64,000 nucleotides of DNA from an uncultured bacterium (GCA_963825135.1 CAWGRW010000009.1:1984001-2048000), one strand, 5' to 3'. Positions 28,368 through 38,089 are shown, counted from the stretch's first letter. Translations and numbers: made by a program. Notes: a model not told the origin generated them from the letters alone.

Positions 28368-28757
28368 TTACAGCAGAAAAGTAGAGTTGGAAACCTGTAA
28401 ATCAGGGGGATCGTGTTCCCTGAGGGAATTGTCCTTCAGTTGATCGAGGCAGGTTTTGTCTTGAGTAACGGCTTTTTGTTGTGTCCTGTCTATCAATACG
28501 ACTTCCACTTTGGCATTGAGATCGGGGGATGTGTTCGTCAGTACTTCCTGGCAGCAGGATTTGTTCGGGCTATCCGAATCTTTTATGGCACGCGCCGTAT
28601 TTTCTTCCCCGGTCTTCTGTTCTTCATGACTCATCCCGTGGCATCCTGAGGCCATCGTTACTTGAGGAGCGCCGGTTACCGCGAACGAATCCCTGCAGAG
28701 TCCGCCATAGCAAATGAGGATATTAATAGTCAGGAAGAGGCTAAAAAATCGCATCAT
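28368..28757 (-). CDS. Cys-containing exported protein with C-terminal PP motif (DUF2946/CutF-like architecture)
   Basis: Hydrophobic N-terminus, GCH, CC, HDPP..STFLL; first gene of the Cus operon. Confidence 0.65.
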   Translation of the reverse strand: MMRFFSLFLTINILICYGGLCRDSFAVTGAPQVTMASGCHGMSHEEQKTGEENTARAIKDSDSPNKSCCQEVLTNTSPDLNAKVEVVLIDRTQQKAVTQDKTCLDQLKDNSLREHDPPDLQVSNSTFLL

Positions 28758-28759
28758 GT

Positions 28760-28798
28760 TCTTATATCATATCTTATATCTGAATGGCGCTATGTCAA
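28760..28798 (-). promoter_or_regulatory. Sigma-70 promoter (TTGACA-N16-TAAGAT) with overlapping GATATAAGA direct repeat
   Basis: -35 at 28793-28798, -10 at 28771-28776; repeats at 28760-28768 and 28772-28780. Confidence 0.5.
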
Positions 28799-28966
28799 AT
28801 AAATTTGAATTGGGCCCGGAGGTTCGGGTTAAATAATAAGTCTGATGGCGTGGCTGACGGTAGCGATTAAATTGCGGGCGAGTTTGAAATATATACGGCC
28901 GACGATATACTGGTTCGCTGTGTTTTACGTGTAAAAATAGTCAATTATGTCAGGAGGTCCCGCAAT

Positions 28967-29965
28967 ATGGAATACGTTAAAATCCGCGGAACCGATATCG
29001 ACTCCTCCCGCATAGGTCTCGGATGCTGGGCAATTGGGGGCTGGCTCTGGGGCGGGAGCGACGAGCGGGAATCTATCGATACGATACTTTCGGCGCTTGG
29101 CAGGGGCATAAACCTCATCGACACCGCCGCGATCTATGGTTTCGGCAGGTCCGAGGAGATCGTCGGAAAGGCGCTCGCCGAGTACGGGCAGAGGGACAAG
29201 GTCGTCATAGCGACTAAAGCGGGACTCGACTGGACCAGCGGCAAGGTGTACCGGAATTCAGCTCGAGACCGAATCATAAAAGAGCTCGAAGACTCGCTAC
29301 GGAGGCTGAGGACGGATTACGTAGACATATACCAGGTACACTGGCCCGATTTCGATACGCCGATTGAGGAAGCCGCCCTGGCCATGAATGAGCTCTATGA
29401 AGCGGGGAAAATAAGGGCGGTCGGAGTGAGCAATTATTCAGTCGAGCACATGGACACCTTTAGGAGTAATGCGCCGCTCCACATATCGCAGCCGCCTTAC
29501 AATCTGTTCGAGCGCGGTATAGAGCGCGACGTTTTGCCATATTGCGAGGAGAACGGGATTACGATGCTATTTTACGGGGCTATCTGCCGCGGCCTCCTGA
29601 GCGGAAGGATGAAAGTGGATACTAGGTTCGAAGGGGACGATATACGGAAAGCTGATCCCAAGTTCAAGCAGCCGAGGTTCGGACAGTATTTGACTGCGGT
29701 CGGGAAGCTGGATGACTACGCGCGGAAGATATACGGGAAAAGAGTTATACACCTCGCGATACGCTGGATGCTCGACAGGGCCCCCGGTCACGTGGCGCTC
29801 TGGGGAGCGAGGCGGCCCGGCCAGCTCGATCCGGTTCAGGACATCATGGGCTGGTCTCTCAACAGGGATGACTTTGAAGCCGTAGACAAAATCCTTGACG
29901 AAACTATAACTGACCATGTCGGCCCGGAATTCATGGCGCCCCCCGTCCATAAGCCGGAGGACTGA
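28967..29965 (+). CDS. Aldo/keto reductase
   Basis: GLGCWAIGG, DTAAIYGFGRSEE, ATKAG, YQVHWPD, GVSN. Confidence 0.93.
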   Translation: MEYVKIRGTDIDSSRIGLGCWAIGGWLWGGSDERESIDTILSALGRGINLIDTAAIYGFGRSEEIVGKALAEYGQRDKVVIATKAGLDWTSGKVYRNSARDRIIKELEDSLRRLRTDYVDIYQVHWPDFDTPIEEAALAMNELYEAGKIRAVGVSNYSVEHMDTFRSNAPLHISQPPYNLFERGIERDVLPYCEENGITMLFYGAICRGLLSGRMKVDTRFEGDDIRKADPKFKQPRFGQYLTAVGKLDDYARKIYGKRVIHLAIRWMLDRAPGHVALWGARRPGQLDPVQDIMGWSLNRDDFEAVDKILDETITDHVGPEFMAPPVHKPED

Positions 29966-30007
29966 CGTGTGGGGGAGAGTGGGTTGTGACGGATCTCTGC
30001 GTGTACG

Positions 30008-30670
30008 TCAGGACTGGAAAGAGCTCAATAGTTGCGTATTGAGCTCGTCCATACTCTCGAGAATAATGTCGGCTTTTTCAAACTCCCCGCGGGTCAATCT
30101 CTTATCCGGGATCGCTATACAGAACATCCCGGCGCCGGTCGCTGACCTCACGCCATTGATCGAGTCCTCGATCGCCACACACTCGTAGGGTTTCACCCCC
30201 AGCCTTTCGGCGGTATGAAGGTATATGTCGGGATGCGGTTTTCCGTTTTCCGTGCACTCTCCGGAAACTACGACATCGAAATAATGATGGAGCGAAAACA
30301 TATTGAGAACGAAATTGATCACCCTCAGCGGGGAGCTCGAAGCCACGGCCAGGAGGTATTCGTCCAGCTTTAGCTCGTCAAGAAGCGGCATCAGGCCCGT
30401 GACAATCTCAAGCTCCTCTTCGTATATCGCGGTCAGTATTTCGATCCTTTCCGATATTATTTCATCGACGCTTTCACCGAGCGAGAACGTGTCTCTGAGG
30501 AGTTTTCCCGAGTCCTTCTGGTTTAGACCCACTATCCGGTCCCTGTACTCCGGGCTGTAGTCTATGTTTCTCCTCGAAAGTAATATCCTCTCCGTTTTTT
30601 CCCACAGGGGCTCGCTGTCTATCATTACGCCGTCCATATCAAAAATAACCGCTCTTATCATGGTTTTCAT
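30008..30670 (-). CDS. HAD-superfamily phosphatase
   Basis: FDMDGVMIDSE, GKPHPD, IEDS..G. Confidence 0.9.
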   Translation of the reverse strand: MKTMIRAVIFDMDGVMIDSEPLWEKTERILLSRRNIDYSPEYRDRIVGLNQKDSGKLLRDTFSLGESVDEIISERIEILTAIYEEELEIVTGLMPLLDELKLDEYLLAVASSSPLRVINFVLNMFSLHHYFDVVVSGECTENGKPHPDIYLHTAERLGVKPYECVAIEDSINGVRSATGAGMFCIAIPDKRLTRGEFEKADIILESMDELNTQLLSSFQS

Positions 30671-30818
30671 TCCAAACTACAGGCAGGGCAGGGTGATATG
30701 TGGTTCAAGGGTATGAGGTTACCTGATTATCCATCCCTGAAAAGGTATGAGTGTCCTTATGGCAAGGTCTTGCCGATTTATGCGAATATCGTTTGCCATT
30801 TGCTCCCGGACTAATGGG

Positions 30819-31127
30819 TCAGTCTATAGTAATGCCGAAGAACAGATTACCGGAGACAGGAGGATAGGCCGGAGCGTAATAAACCGGGGGTGCATATATA
30901 ACGGGAGGGGGTGGAGCATAGTAAACGTAGGGCCTGGGGTAATATCCGTAGGGCGCCCCGTAGTAGAAGTTGCCTGTGAAATAAGGACCCCGGTTGTAAT
31001 GATGCCCGTAGCCGCAATTATAATGTCCGTGTCCGTGATATCCATGTCCGTTACGAGCCAGGCTTGAAGCGGGAACTGCTATCATAAGAGCAATCATGAT
31101 TAAAATAGGTAATAATATTTGTTTCAT
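30819..31127 (-). CDS. Small exported His/Gly- and Tyr/Pro-rich low-complexity protein
   Basis: Signal peptide, GHGYHGHGH, YAPPPPVIYAPP; AGGAG SD. Confidence 0.7.
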   Translation of the reverse strand: MKQILLPILIMIALMIAVPASSLARNGHGYHGHGHYNCGYGHHYNRGPYFTGNFYYGAPYGYYPRPYVYYAPPPPVIYAPPVYYAPAYPPVSGNLFFGITID

Positions 31128-31301
31128 TTCTCTCTCCTAATAAATCCAGCCTTATATATATATAAACCCTAACTATCTTACAAAAGTCACAAAATCTCTT
31201 TTTTCAGTCCCTAATTCCAATTATCCCTAACGGATTAATCCGGTTCAACAAATATTTTAGTCCGGGTGAAAATTGTGTTTTTTGACGGATTTTCGCTTGG
31301 T

Positions 31302-32189
31302 TTAACGCTTATCGGGGTCTACGTGGACGGTAACTTCGGAGTTGCCGATTTTGTCTTTGATCTCGCTTACTATTTGTTCCGCTATTTCATGCGACTCAAC
31401 GAAAGTGAGCGTGTGGTCCATAACGACATGGAATTCGACGAATTTGACCGACCCGGCGTTCCTGGTCTTGAGCTTGTGATAGCTCTTGACGTCGGGATTG
31501 AACCTCATGATTAGATCTTCGATCTCCCTTACCATATCGGGCGGGAGTTCCTTGTCCATTAATATGTCGATGGACTCGATCAAAATATCCTTAGTCGACC
31601 AGACGATAAATGCAGCGACGAGTATGGAGATTACGGGGTCGATAACGTTGAATCCGGTCAGCTTGATAACCAGCAGCCCTGCCAGTATGCCCCCGTTCGT
31701 GTACAAGTCGAATTTGTAGTGGAGGCTGTCCGCGCTGAGGATCAGGCTCCCGGTTTCCTCCGCGACTCTATTGATGTGTCTCGTCAGGAAGAAGCTGACG
31801 ATCATAGATAGGGCAATAACCGCGATTCCCCACCCGACCGATACAAGGTTCTCTCCTTCGAGAAGCCTCGAGATTGAAAGGTATATGAGATAGATGGCGG
31901 AGGACACGATAATGAATGTCTGAAATAGTCCGGCTAGCCCTTCAGCTTTTCCGTGTCCGAACTTATGGTCGTGGTCTGCCGGCTTTTCGGATTTCCGTAT
32001 CGAATAGAAATTTACGGATGATGCCATGACATCGAGAAAGGAATCCGCCGCCGAAGCGAGGATGCTTATCGAATTGGTTAGAATTCCGAATACGACCTTA
32101 ACGATGATTAATAGGATGGATACACTTATAGAAAGGAGGGCAGTTCGGAACTTTTTATTTCTGCTTATTACTCTGCTGCTCAATGACAA
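31302..32189 (-). CDS. Cation diffusion facilitator (FieF-like)
   Basis: DSFLD, KPADHDHKFGHGKAE, ADSLHY..D, HVDP. Confidence 0.92.
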   Translation of the reverse strand: MSLSSRVISRNKKFRTALLSISVSILLIIVKVVFGILTNSISILASAADSFLDVMASSVNFYSIRKSEKPADHDHKFGHGKAEGLAGLFQTFIIVSSAIYLIYLSISRLLEGENLVSVGWGIAVIALSMIVSFFLTRHINRVAEETGSLILSADSLHYKFDLYTNGGILAGLLVIKLTGFNVIDPVISILVAAFIVWSTKDILIESIDILMDKELPPDMVREIEDLIMRFNPDVKSYHKLKTRNAGSVKFVEFHVVMDHTLTFVESHEIAEQIVSEIKDKIGNSEVTVHVDPDKR

Positions 32190-32300
32190 CTTTTTTCTTA
32201 CTTGCCGTTACAGTTTTATTTGCGTCGACGGAAGATCGACTAACGCTATGAAGAGTGATGATCATTCTCTAAAGGAGTGCCGTCCGCGATGACGATTTTC

Positions 32301-33617
32301 TCAGACGCTCCACCGTTTCAGCTTCTCTTCAACCTTACGATTTAGCTGCTCCCTGTATTCTTCGATATCGATTTTGATTCTTGATGCGCCCGTATGCATA
32401 GCGGCCTCGGCTACAGCGACTGATTCCCAAACGAGCACCCTGGGGTCAAACGGGGAGGGGACGATATACTCGGGACCGAAATCGAAATGTTTTTTGCCGT
32501 AAGCTTTTGCTACTCCTTCATCCGCTCCCATTTTGGCGAGTTTTGCCAGAGAATATGCCGCAGCGACCTTCATTTCTTCGTTTATTGCCTTGGCCCTGAC
32601 GTCGAGCGCTCCCCTGAATATGAAGGGAAACCCCAGGACATTGTTTACCTGGTTCGGGTAGTCGGACCTTCCGGTGGCCATTATTAAGTCCTTTCTGGCG
32701 GCCTTGGCGTCCGGGAAGGAGATTTCCGGGTCGGGGTTCGCCATTGCAAAGATTATCGGCTTGTCCGCCATGGACTTAACCATAGCTTTATTGACTGCGC
32801 CCCCTGTCGACAGACCCACAAAAACATCGGCTCCCTTCATCGCGTCCTCAAGGGTCCTTGCGCTCGTATCAACTGCGAATTTTCCTTTCTGGGGGTTCAT
32901 GTTCGCATCTCTCCCCTTGTATATAACCCCGCGGCTGTCGCACATTATCATGTTCTCTCTTCTTGCGCCCAGGTGGATGAAGAACTCGGCGCAGGCTATT
33001 GCGGCAGCCCCCGCGCCGTTGAATGTCATCCTGAGCTCGCTTATCTCCTTCTTTACTAATTCGCAAGCGTTCAGCAATCCCGCTCCGGATATTATCGCCG
33101 TTCCGTGCTGGTCGTCGTGGAACACCGGGATATCCATTTGCTTCCTTAATTCGTCCTCGATGTAAAAACACTCAGGAGCCTTGATGTCTTCAAGATTGAT
33201 TCCCCCGAACGTCGGCTCCAGATACTTCACCGTCTTGATGATCTCATCGGGGTCGTCCGTGTTAAGTTCTATATCGAAGGCGTCTATCCCGGCGAACCGC
33301 TTAAATAGTACGCTCTTCCCTTCCATAACCGGCTTGCCGGCGAGGGCTCCTATTTTTCCGAGGCCCAGAACTGCCGTACCGTTCGTTATTACGCCGACGA
33401 GGTTTCCCTTATTCGTGTATTCATAGGCGAGATGGGGGTCTCTGTAGATCTCCATACAGGGTTCCGCCACGCCCGGCGTGTAAGCAAGAGATAAGTCCCA
33501 CTGCGTCAAACAGGGCTTCGTCGGTACGACTTCTATCTTCCCTTTTCGGCCGACACTGTGGTAATCCAGAGCAGCTTGCTTAATCTCTTTATCTTTATCA
33601 TCAGCCGAATTAGACAT
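32301..33617 (-). CDS. NAD(P)-dependent malic enzyme (no PTA domain)
   Basis: [48 protein letters not shown]. Confidence 0.93.
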   Translation of the reverse strand: MSNSADDKDKEIKQAALDYHSVGRKGKIEVVPTKPCLTQWDLSLAYTPGVAEPCMEIYRDPHLAYEYTNKGNLVGVITNGTAVLGLGKIGALAGKPVMEGKSVLFKRFAGIDAFDIELNTDDPDEIIKTVKYLEPTFGGINLEDIKAPECFYIEDELRKQMDIPVFHDDQHGTAIISGAGLLNACELVKKEISELRMTFNGAGAAAIACAEFFIHLGARRENMIMCDSRGVIYKGRDANMNPQKGKFAVDTSARTLEDAMKGADVFVGLSTGGAVNKAMVKSMADKPIIFAMANPDPEISFPDAKAARKDLIMATGRSDYPNQVNNVLGFPFIFRGALDVRAKAINEEMKVAAAYSLAKLAKMGADEGVAKAYGKKHFDFGPEYIVPSPFDPRVLVWESVAVAEAAMHTGASRIKIDIEEYREQLNRKVEEKLKRWSV

Positions 33618-33683
33618 GTAACAATAATCCTCCGTTTATTTTTCCTTTTGTGTATGTTCGGATATTCATGACGAGTCTTTGCG

Positions 33684-33908
33684 TTAGCTCTTCACTCCGC
33701 ATCCGCAGCCCGCTGGACTGCATCCGCATCCGCCGCCTGCATAGCTCGGTGGGGAGACCTCACCCTCGGACTTTATCCCGAAAGGGGAGAATTGCTTTTC
33801 TAAATTCCTGCTCCGGCACGCAGCGCACTCGATCGCTTCTTCGCTGTTCAGGACTAAAATTTCGAATAACTCTTCACAGTCGAGACACTTATATTCAAAT
33901 ATCGGCAC
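33684..33908 (-). CDS. FmdB-family zinc-ribbon protein
   Basis: MPIFEYKC..C..FE, C..C, Gly/Cys-rich tail. Confidence 0.85.
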   Translation of the reverse strand: MPIFEYKCLDCEELFEILVLNSEEAIECAACRSRNLEKQFSPFGIKSEGEVSPPSYAGGGCGCSPAGCGCGVKS

Positions 33909-33945
33909 TCTTTGGGGACCTCCGTCACCCTAATGATTGGAAAGT

Positions 33946-33973
33946 ATTATAAATTTATATCAACTGTAGTCAA
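33946..33973 (-). promoter_or_regulatory. Sigma-70 promoter (TTGACT-N16-TATAAT) for the FmdB/malic enzyme genes
   Basis: Near-consensus hexamers upstream of GTG 33908. Confidence 0.55.
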
Positions 33974-34077
33974 CGTGGCAATTTTCCGGTTATTTTCTGG
34001 AAATAATCCCAGCTCATCGGAAGTTTTGTAGTATAACCGGGATAATTATTGATGTTAAGGAACAATTTGCCCCGATA

Positions 34078-34818
34078 TTACTGCATGTTGTCCGCAATGA
34101 AGTGGATTATTTCGGACACGTCGCCTCTATGAGCAAGGGCTCCCATATAATCGTTCCCCGGGTCAAGTCGAAGTATCGTCCACTTCTCGTTCAATATTTC
34201 GAGTCGACTGGAGACGTCGGGAGATTTTATAACAGAAGAAAAATCCACATCTTTCAAGCCGGACGAGAAGCCTGTCCCCACCGCTTTCGAATATGCCTCT
34301 TTTATCGTCCATAAGCCCATGAAAGCCCGGTTTTTCACGATGTCCGGACTTGAATGGTAATATTCCCTTTCATCCGGAGAGAAGAACCGCTCGAGGATTT
34401 TTTCAGCCCTCATGACGCCTCTCACATATTCGACGTCGACGCCGACATCTCCCTTTACTCCGACTGCGCATAACGCGAGGCTGCGGGAATGGGAAATATT
34501 GAAACTAATTCCCTTCGGGTTCGATCCGGCGGGCAGCCCCGGCTTTCCGTGCTCATTATATGCGAATACGATTTCTTCCGGACGGGTTTTTAAATATCTG
34601 CCGAGAATCCTTCTCAGGTATCCGCGTGCGGTGATGAATCTGCTCCTGTACTCAGAAAAACGCAGTCTGGCCGCCCTCTCTTTCTCGTCTTCCGAAAGTA
34701 TTTCATAAAGCGGATTATCCGGGTTTCCCAAGGGGATGTCGAGGGCTATTTCCCACACGTGTATTTCGCCCTCGCTAAGGGTCGCAACGCTCTTTGGAGG
34801 TTTCCGGTTCTCTCTCAT
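34078..34818 (-). CDS. Sfp-type 4'-phosphopantetheinyl transferase
   Basis: GKP, FNISHS, VGVDVE, WTIKEAYSKAVG. Confidence 0.9.
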   Translation of the reverse strand: MRENRKPPKSVATLSEGEIHVWEIALDIPLGNPDNPLYEILSEDEKERAARLRFSEYRSRFITARGYLRRILGRYLKTRPEEIVFAYNEHGKPGLPAGSNPKGISFNISHSRSLALCAVGVKGDVGVDVEYVRGVMRAEKILERFFSPDEREYYHSSPDIVKNRAFMGLWTIKEAYSKAVGTGFSSGLKDVDFSSVIKSPDVSSRLEILNEKWTILRLDPGNDYMGALAHRGDVSEIIHFIADNMQ

Positions 34819-34868
34819 TAGACCCGCATGAAAATCGTATGATGGTTAGCCGGCGTCTCTCAATCAAA

Positions 34869-35624
34869 TCAGAAGGATTTCCAGAAATCGATCCCCGCCC
34901 AGTCGAGAGCCCTCTGGCCGTATATATTGAGGTAATAGAGGTTGTTGGTTACCATCAGGAGACCTACGATAATCAAGGTCCCGCCGACTATGATTTTATA
35001 GAGACTGTAGTGACGCTTTATCCATCCGAAGGCGGTGAGAGCTTTTGAGAGGGCGAGCCCGGTGACAATGAAAGGCAATCCGAGACCGACCGAATAGACG
35101 AACAGAAGGGCGGCACCTTTTCCCGCCCCTTCCGCTGTGCTCGCATAAAGAAGAATAGAGGCCAGTATGGGTCCCACGCATGGTGTCCATCCGAATCCGA
35201 ACGCGATGCCGAGAAAAAATATGCCTACGAGTCCCAGTTTACCGTCTGTAAAATATAGCCTCCTCTCCCTGTATAGCTGGGGTATCTTGAGCACGTCCAT
35301 CGAGAATAGCCCGAATATTATTATTATCACTCCGGATATCCTGAGGAGAAGCACCTTGTTTTCGTGCAGGAAAGTGCCGATATAGGAGGCGGACGCGCCC
35401 AGCGTGACGAACACCGTCGAAAAACCGAGTACGAACAGGAGGCTCGGTATGAGTACCTTGCTGGTTTTTCCTGCCGTTGTTTCCCCCGTCAGCTCCTCGA
35501 ACGACATTTTCGAAACCATCGATACGTACCCCGGGATCAGGGGCAGCACGCACGGCGAGAGGAACGAGATGACGCCTGCAAAAAACGCTATGACCCAGCT
35601 TATTTGAATTTCTGCAGGATTCAC
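34869..35624 (-). CDS. ccdA: Cytochrome c biogenesis protein CcdA
   Basis: SFLSPCVLPLIPGY, GWTPCVGPIL. Confidence 0.92.
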   Translation of the reverse strand: MNPAEIQISWVIAFFAGVISFLSPCVLPLIPGYVSMVSKMSFEELTGETTAGKTSKVLIPSLLFVLGFSTVFVTLGASASYIGTFLHENKVLLLRISGVIIIIFGLFSMDVLKIPQLYRERRLYFTDGKLGLVGIFFLGIAFGFGWTPCVGPILASILLYASTAEGAGKGAALLFVYSVGLGLPFIVTGLALSKALTAFGWIKRHYSLYKIIVGGTLIIVGLLMVTNNLYYLNIYGQRALDWAGIDFWKSF

Positions 35625-36145
35625 TCCGCTATCTCCTTCATATATAGCTTGAACTTCTTTTCCCCGTCTTTCCCGACGAACGGGCCGTAATTTTTAATCG
35701 CTATTTTGCCTTCTTTATTTATGAAAAATGTAGCGGGGAGCGCCACAACTTTATACTTCGAGGACACCTCGCCCTGCTGGTCGTATAGGGTCGTATACGT
35801 AATTCCGGTATTTTTGATGAATTCCGACGCGTTCGTTTTGTCGTCCATGACATTAACCCCTATGAACACGACATCCTTTTCCTTGAATTTGTTCCACATC
35901 TTCTCGAAAAGCGGCAGTTCCTCTTTGCATGGTCCGCACCATGTGGCCCAGAAATTCAGTACGACCGGTTTTCCTTTGAAGTCTGCCAGGCTGATTTTAT
36001 TTCCGCCGTCCACTGTTTCGAGTGAAAAGCCCTCGGCTGTATTTTGATCCGTACCGCTCCCGGGCTCCCCGTTTCCCCTGTCACAGGACAAAACAGTCAG
36101 TATCAGGACCAGAACCGGAGTGAGAAGCAGGCTTCTTCTTTTCAT
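35621..36145 (-). CDS. TlpA/ResA-like lipoprotein thiol:disulfide oxidoreductase
   Basis: Lipobox-like VLSC, LNFWATWCGPC, ALPATFFI. Confidence 0.9.
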   Translation of the reverse strand: MKRRSLLLTPVLVLILTVLSCDRGNGEPGSGTDQNTAEGFSLETVDGGNKISLADFKGKPVVLNFWATWCGPCKEELPLFEKMWNKFKEKDVVFIGVNVMDDKTNASEFIKNTGITYTTLYDQQGEVSSKYKVVALPATFFINKEGKIAIKNYGPFVGKDGEKKFKLYMKEIAE

Positions 36146-36319
36146 GGAATCTCCTCATGGCGTTACATGCGCGGTTTAAGAACCCTGAATAATATACCAT
36201 TCATATTTTTTTTTGTGTCGATATGACGGAATACGAGATTTCGGGCGAGTCGGATTCAGGTTCGGGTGAATCTATGGTACTGGGGTCAAAACTTCTTTGG
36301 GTTCAATTATCGAAATCTC

Positions 36320-36952
36320 TCATTCAGCCCGGAGCCGTGCAAGCGTCCCGGGATCGATATCCTCCGCCGTATCGACATCTTTCAATGTATCAAGGAGCTT
36401 ATGACTCAGATTTCTCTCGACAATACGAGCGATAGTCCGGGTGTATACGGTATCGGCGCCCCAATCAATGTCTCTGAAGAGAATGGGTTCGAATGCCCTC
36501 AGCCCTATCAAGTAATACCCCCCGTCCTCGGCAGGCCCCAGTACCACATCGGCGTCGCTTAGCAGGTCGAAGGCGGCGCGTACAATGTCCGCCGTGATAT
36601 CGGGAATGTCCGTCCCTATCAGGACCGCCCTTACCGCCCCCTCGGAAAATACACTGTGAAACGCGTCGGACATCCTGTCGCCGATCGTGCCCCCGGACTG
36701 GGGTTCGAAGGAGAGGCCATCCGATCCGAGCCACGTTTTTATGTCGTCTCCCCTCTCCGGCGGATCGAAATAAACGATAGTTCCGTAGGCGCCGGGCCCG
36801 GAGACATCGTGTACGATCCTCTCCGCCATTCGCGAATATATCTCGGCCGCTCTTTCCGCCCCCAGCTCCCGGGCGATCCTTGTCTTGACTTTCCCCGGCT
36901 CGGGGAATTTAACGAATACGATAAGTCTGTCTTCTCGGTCTCTGTATGGCAT
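36320..36952 (-). CDS. DUF2064 / TIGR04282-type glycosyltransferase associated with arsS clusters
   Basis: P.PGKVKTR, Q..G..G.RM, IGTDIP, GPAEDGGYYLIG, DVDT.ED; start is uncertain (36952 or 36979). Confidence 0.85.
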   Translation of the reverse strand: MPYRDREDRLIVFVKFPEPGKVKTRIARELGAERAAEIYSRMAERIVHDVSGPGAYGTIVYFDPPERGDDIKTWLGSDGLSFEPQSGGTIGDRMSDAFHSVFSEGAVRAVLIGTDIPDITADIVRAAFDLLSDADVVLGPAEDGGYYLIGLRAFEPILFRDIDWGADTVYTRTIARIVERNLSHKLLDTLKDVDTAEDIDPGTLARLRAE

Positions 36953-36988
36953 CGGGTTTGAACGGGCTCGAATCCGCAATCGAAGATA

Positions 36989-38026
36989 TCAGGCGGTTGC
37001 GCCGCCGCAGCTGCTTCCCGAGCCCGCCGTGCAGCCGTAACAATGCGAACCGAATATTATTCGCCTGTTCACGAGGCTCTCGTAGTCGAAATTAAAAACC
37101 GTCAGGGGCTCCCCGTTCCGTGTGACTTCCAGGTCGAGCATCTGGTTGAAATCGCAGTCGTATATCCTGCCGTCATAGCCTACGCTCACGAGCGACCTGC
37201 ACATCACTCCCTCGGCGGCCGCCGGGTTGTATGCGTTTACGAGCTTGGTCATGTAATCATCGTAAGCGCCCAGTTTTTTTAGCTGCTGCATGAAGCGGTT
37301 TATCGGCATGTTCGTTATCGTGTAGAGGTTGTTAAAGACGACGCCGTACTTTCTTTGCAGCTCCCTCTTAAAGTCCGCCTCCAGACCCTTCTGAGGCGCG
37401 GGCAGGAACGCCCCCACCGGGTTATAGACGAAATTCAGCACGAGCCCCGAGGCATCCGCGCCGTAGCCCTCGGCGTTTAGGAGCCGTATAGCCTGAATAC
37501 TTTTCTCGAACACCCCCTTACCCCTCTGCTTGTCCGTGAAATATTCCTGGTAATAAGGGAGAGACGAAATAACTTCCACCCCGTGATCGGCGTAGAAGCG
37601 GGGAAGGTAGGATTTACTCTCTCCGGTTACGGGATTGCCGTCTATCGTAACCGTGAGGTTGTGCCTGACCATTACTCGCTTGCCGAGTTTTACGGCCTCA
37701 CGCACGAGGCGGTCGAAGTGCGGATTGAGCTCCGGTGCTCCGCCGGTGATGTCGAGACTCTTTATCTGTTTATGCTCCCCGAGAATCTCCAGGCACCGGT
37801 TTGCCGTCTCGATATCCATCTGCTCGGTCCTTCTGGGCGATGCATCGACGTGGCAGTGTACGCAGGACTGGTTGCAGAGCCTCGTGACGTTTACCTGCAG
37901 CGTGTCAATACCGAGAGGGGGGAGCTCCTGCATGTTATTGTCGAGAGTTTTATGAAAATTATATTTGACCTCGTCGCCTGGGTCTGTCTCTTCCGTTTTC
38001 CGCTTGAGCGCGTGAGCCTGGGACAT
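36989..38026 (-). CDS. arsS: Arsenosugar-biosynthesis radical SAM protein (ArsS family)
   Basis: CNQSCVHCH, DITGGAPELN, MCR..YDCDFNQML, C-terminal HCYGCTAGSGSSCGG. Confidence 0.88.
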   Translation of the reverse strand: MSQAHALKRKTEETDPGDEVKYNFHKTLDNNMQELPPLGIDTLQVNVTRLCNQSCVHCHVDASPRRTEQMDIETANRCLEILGEHKQIKSLDITGGAPELNPHFDRLVREAVKLGKRVMVRHNLTVTIDGNPVTGESKSYLPRFYADHGVEVISSLPYYQEYFTDKQRGKGVFEKSIQAIRLLNAEGYGADASGLVLNFVYNPVGAFLPAPQKGLEADFKRELQRKYGVVFNNLYTITNMPINRFMQQLKKLGAYDDYMTKLVNAYNPAAAEGVMCRSLVSVGYDGRIYDCDFNQMLDLEVTRNGEPLTVFNFDYESLVNRRIIFGSHCYGCTAGSGSSCGGATA

Positions 38027-38089
38027 CCTGTGCTCCTGAATTATTTCTCTAATCCCGAGTGCTGGGTCTGAATAGGTTCATGCGGAGAA

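Noticed and set aside
36992..37045. Selenocysteine in the ArsS C-terminal motif
   Set aside because: The Cys positions are TGT/TGC and the only TGA follows the motif; there is no convincing SECIS and no sel genes in the window.
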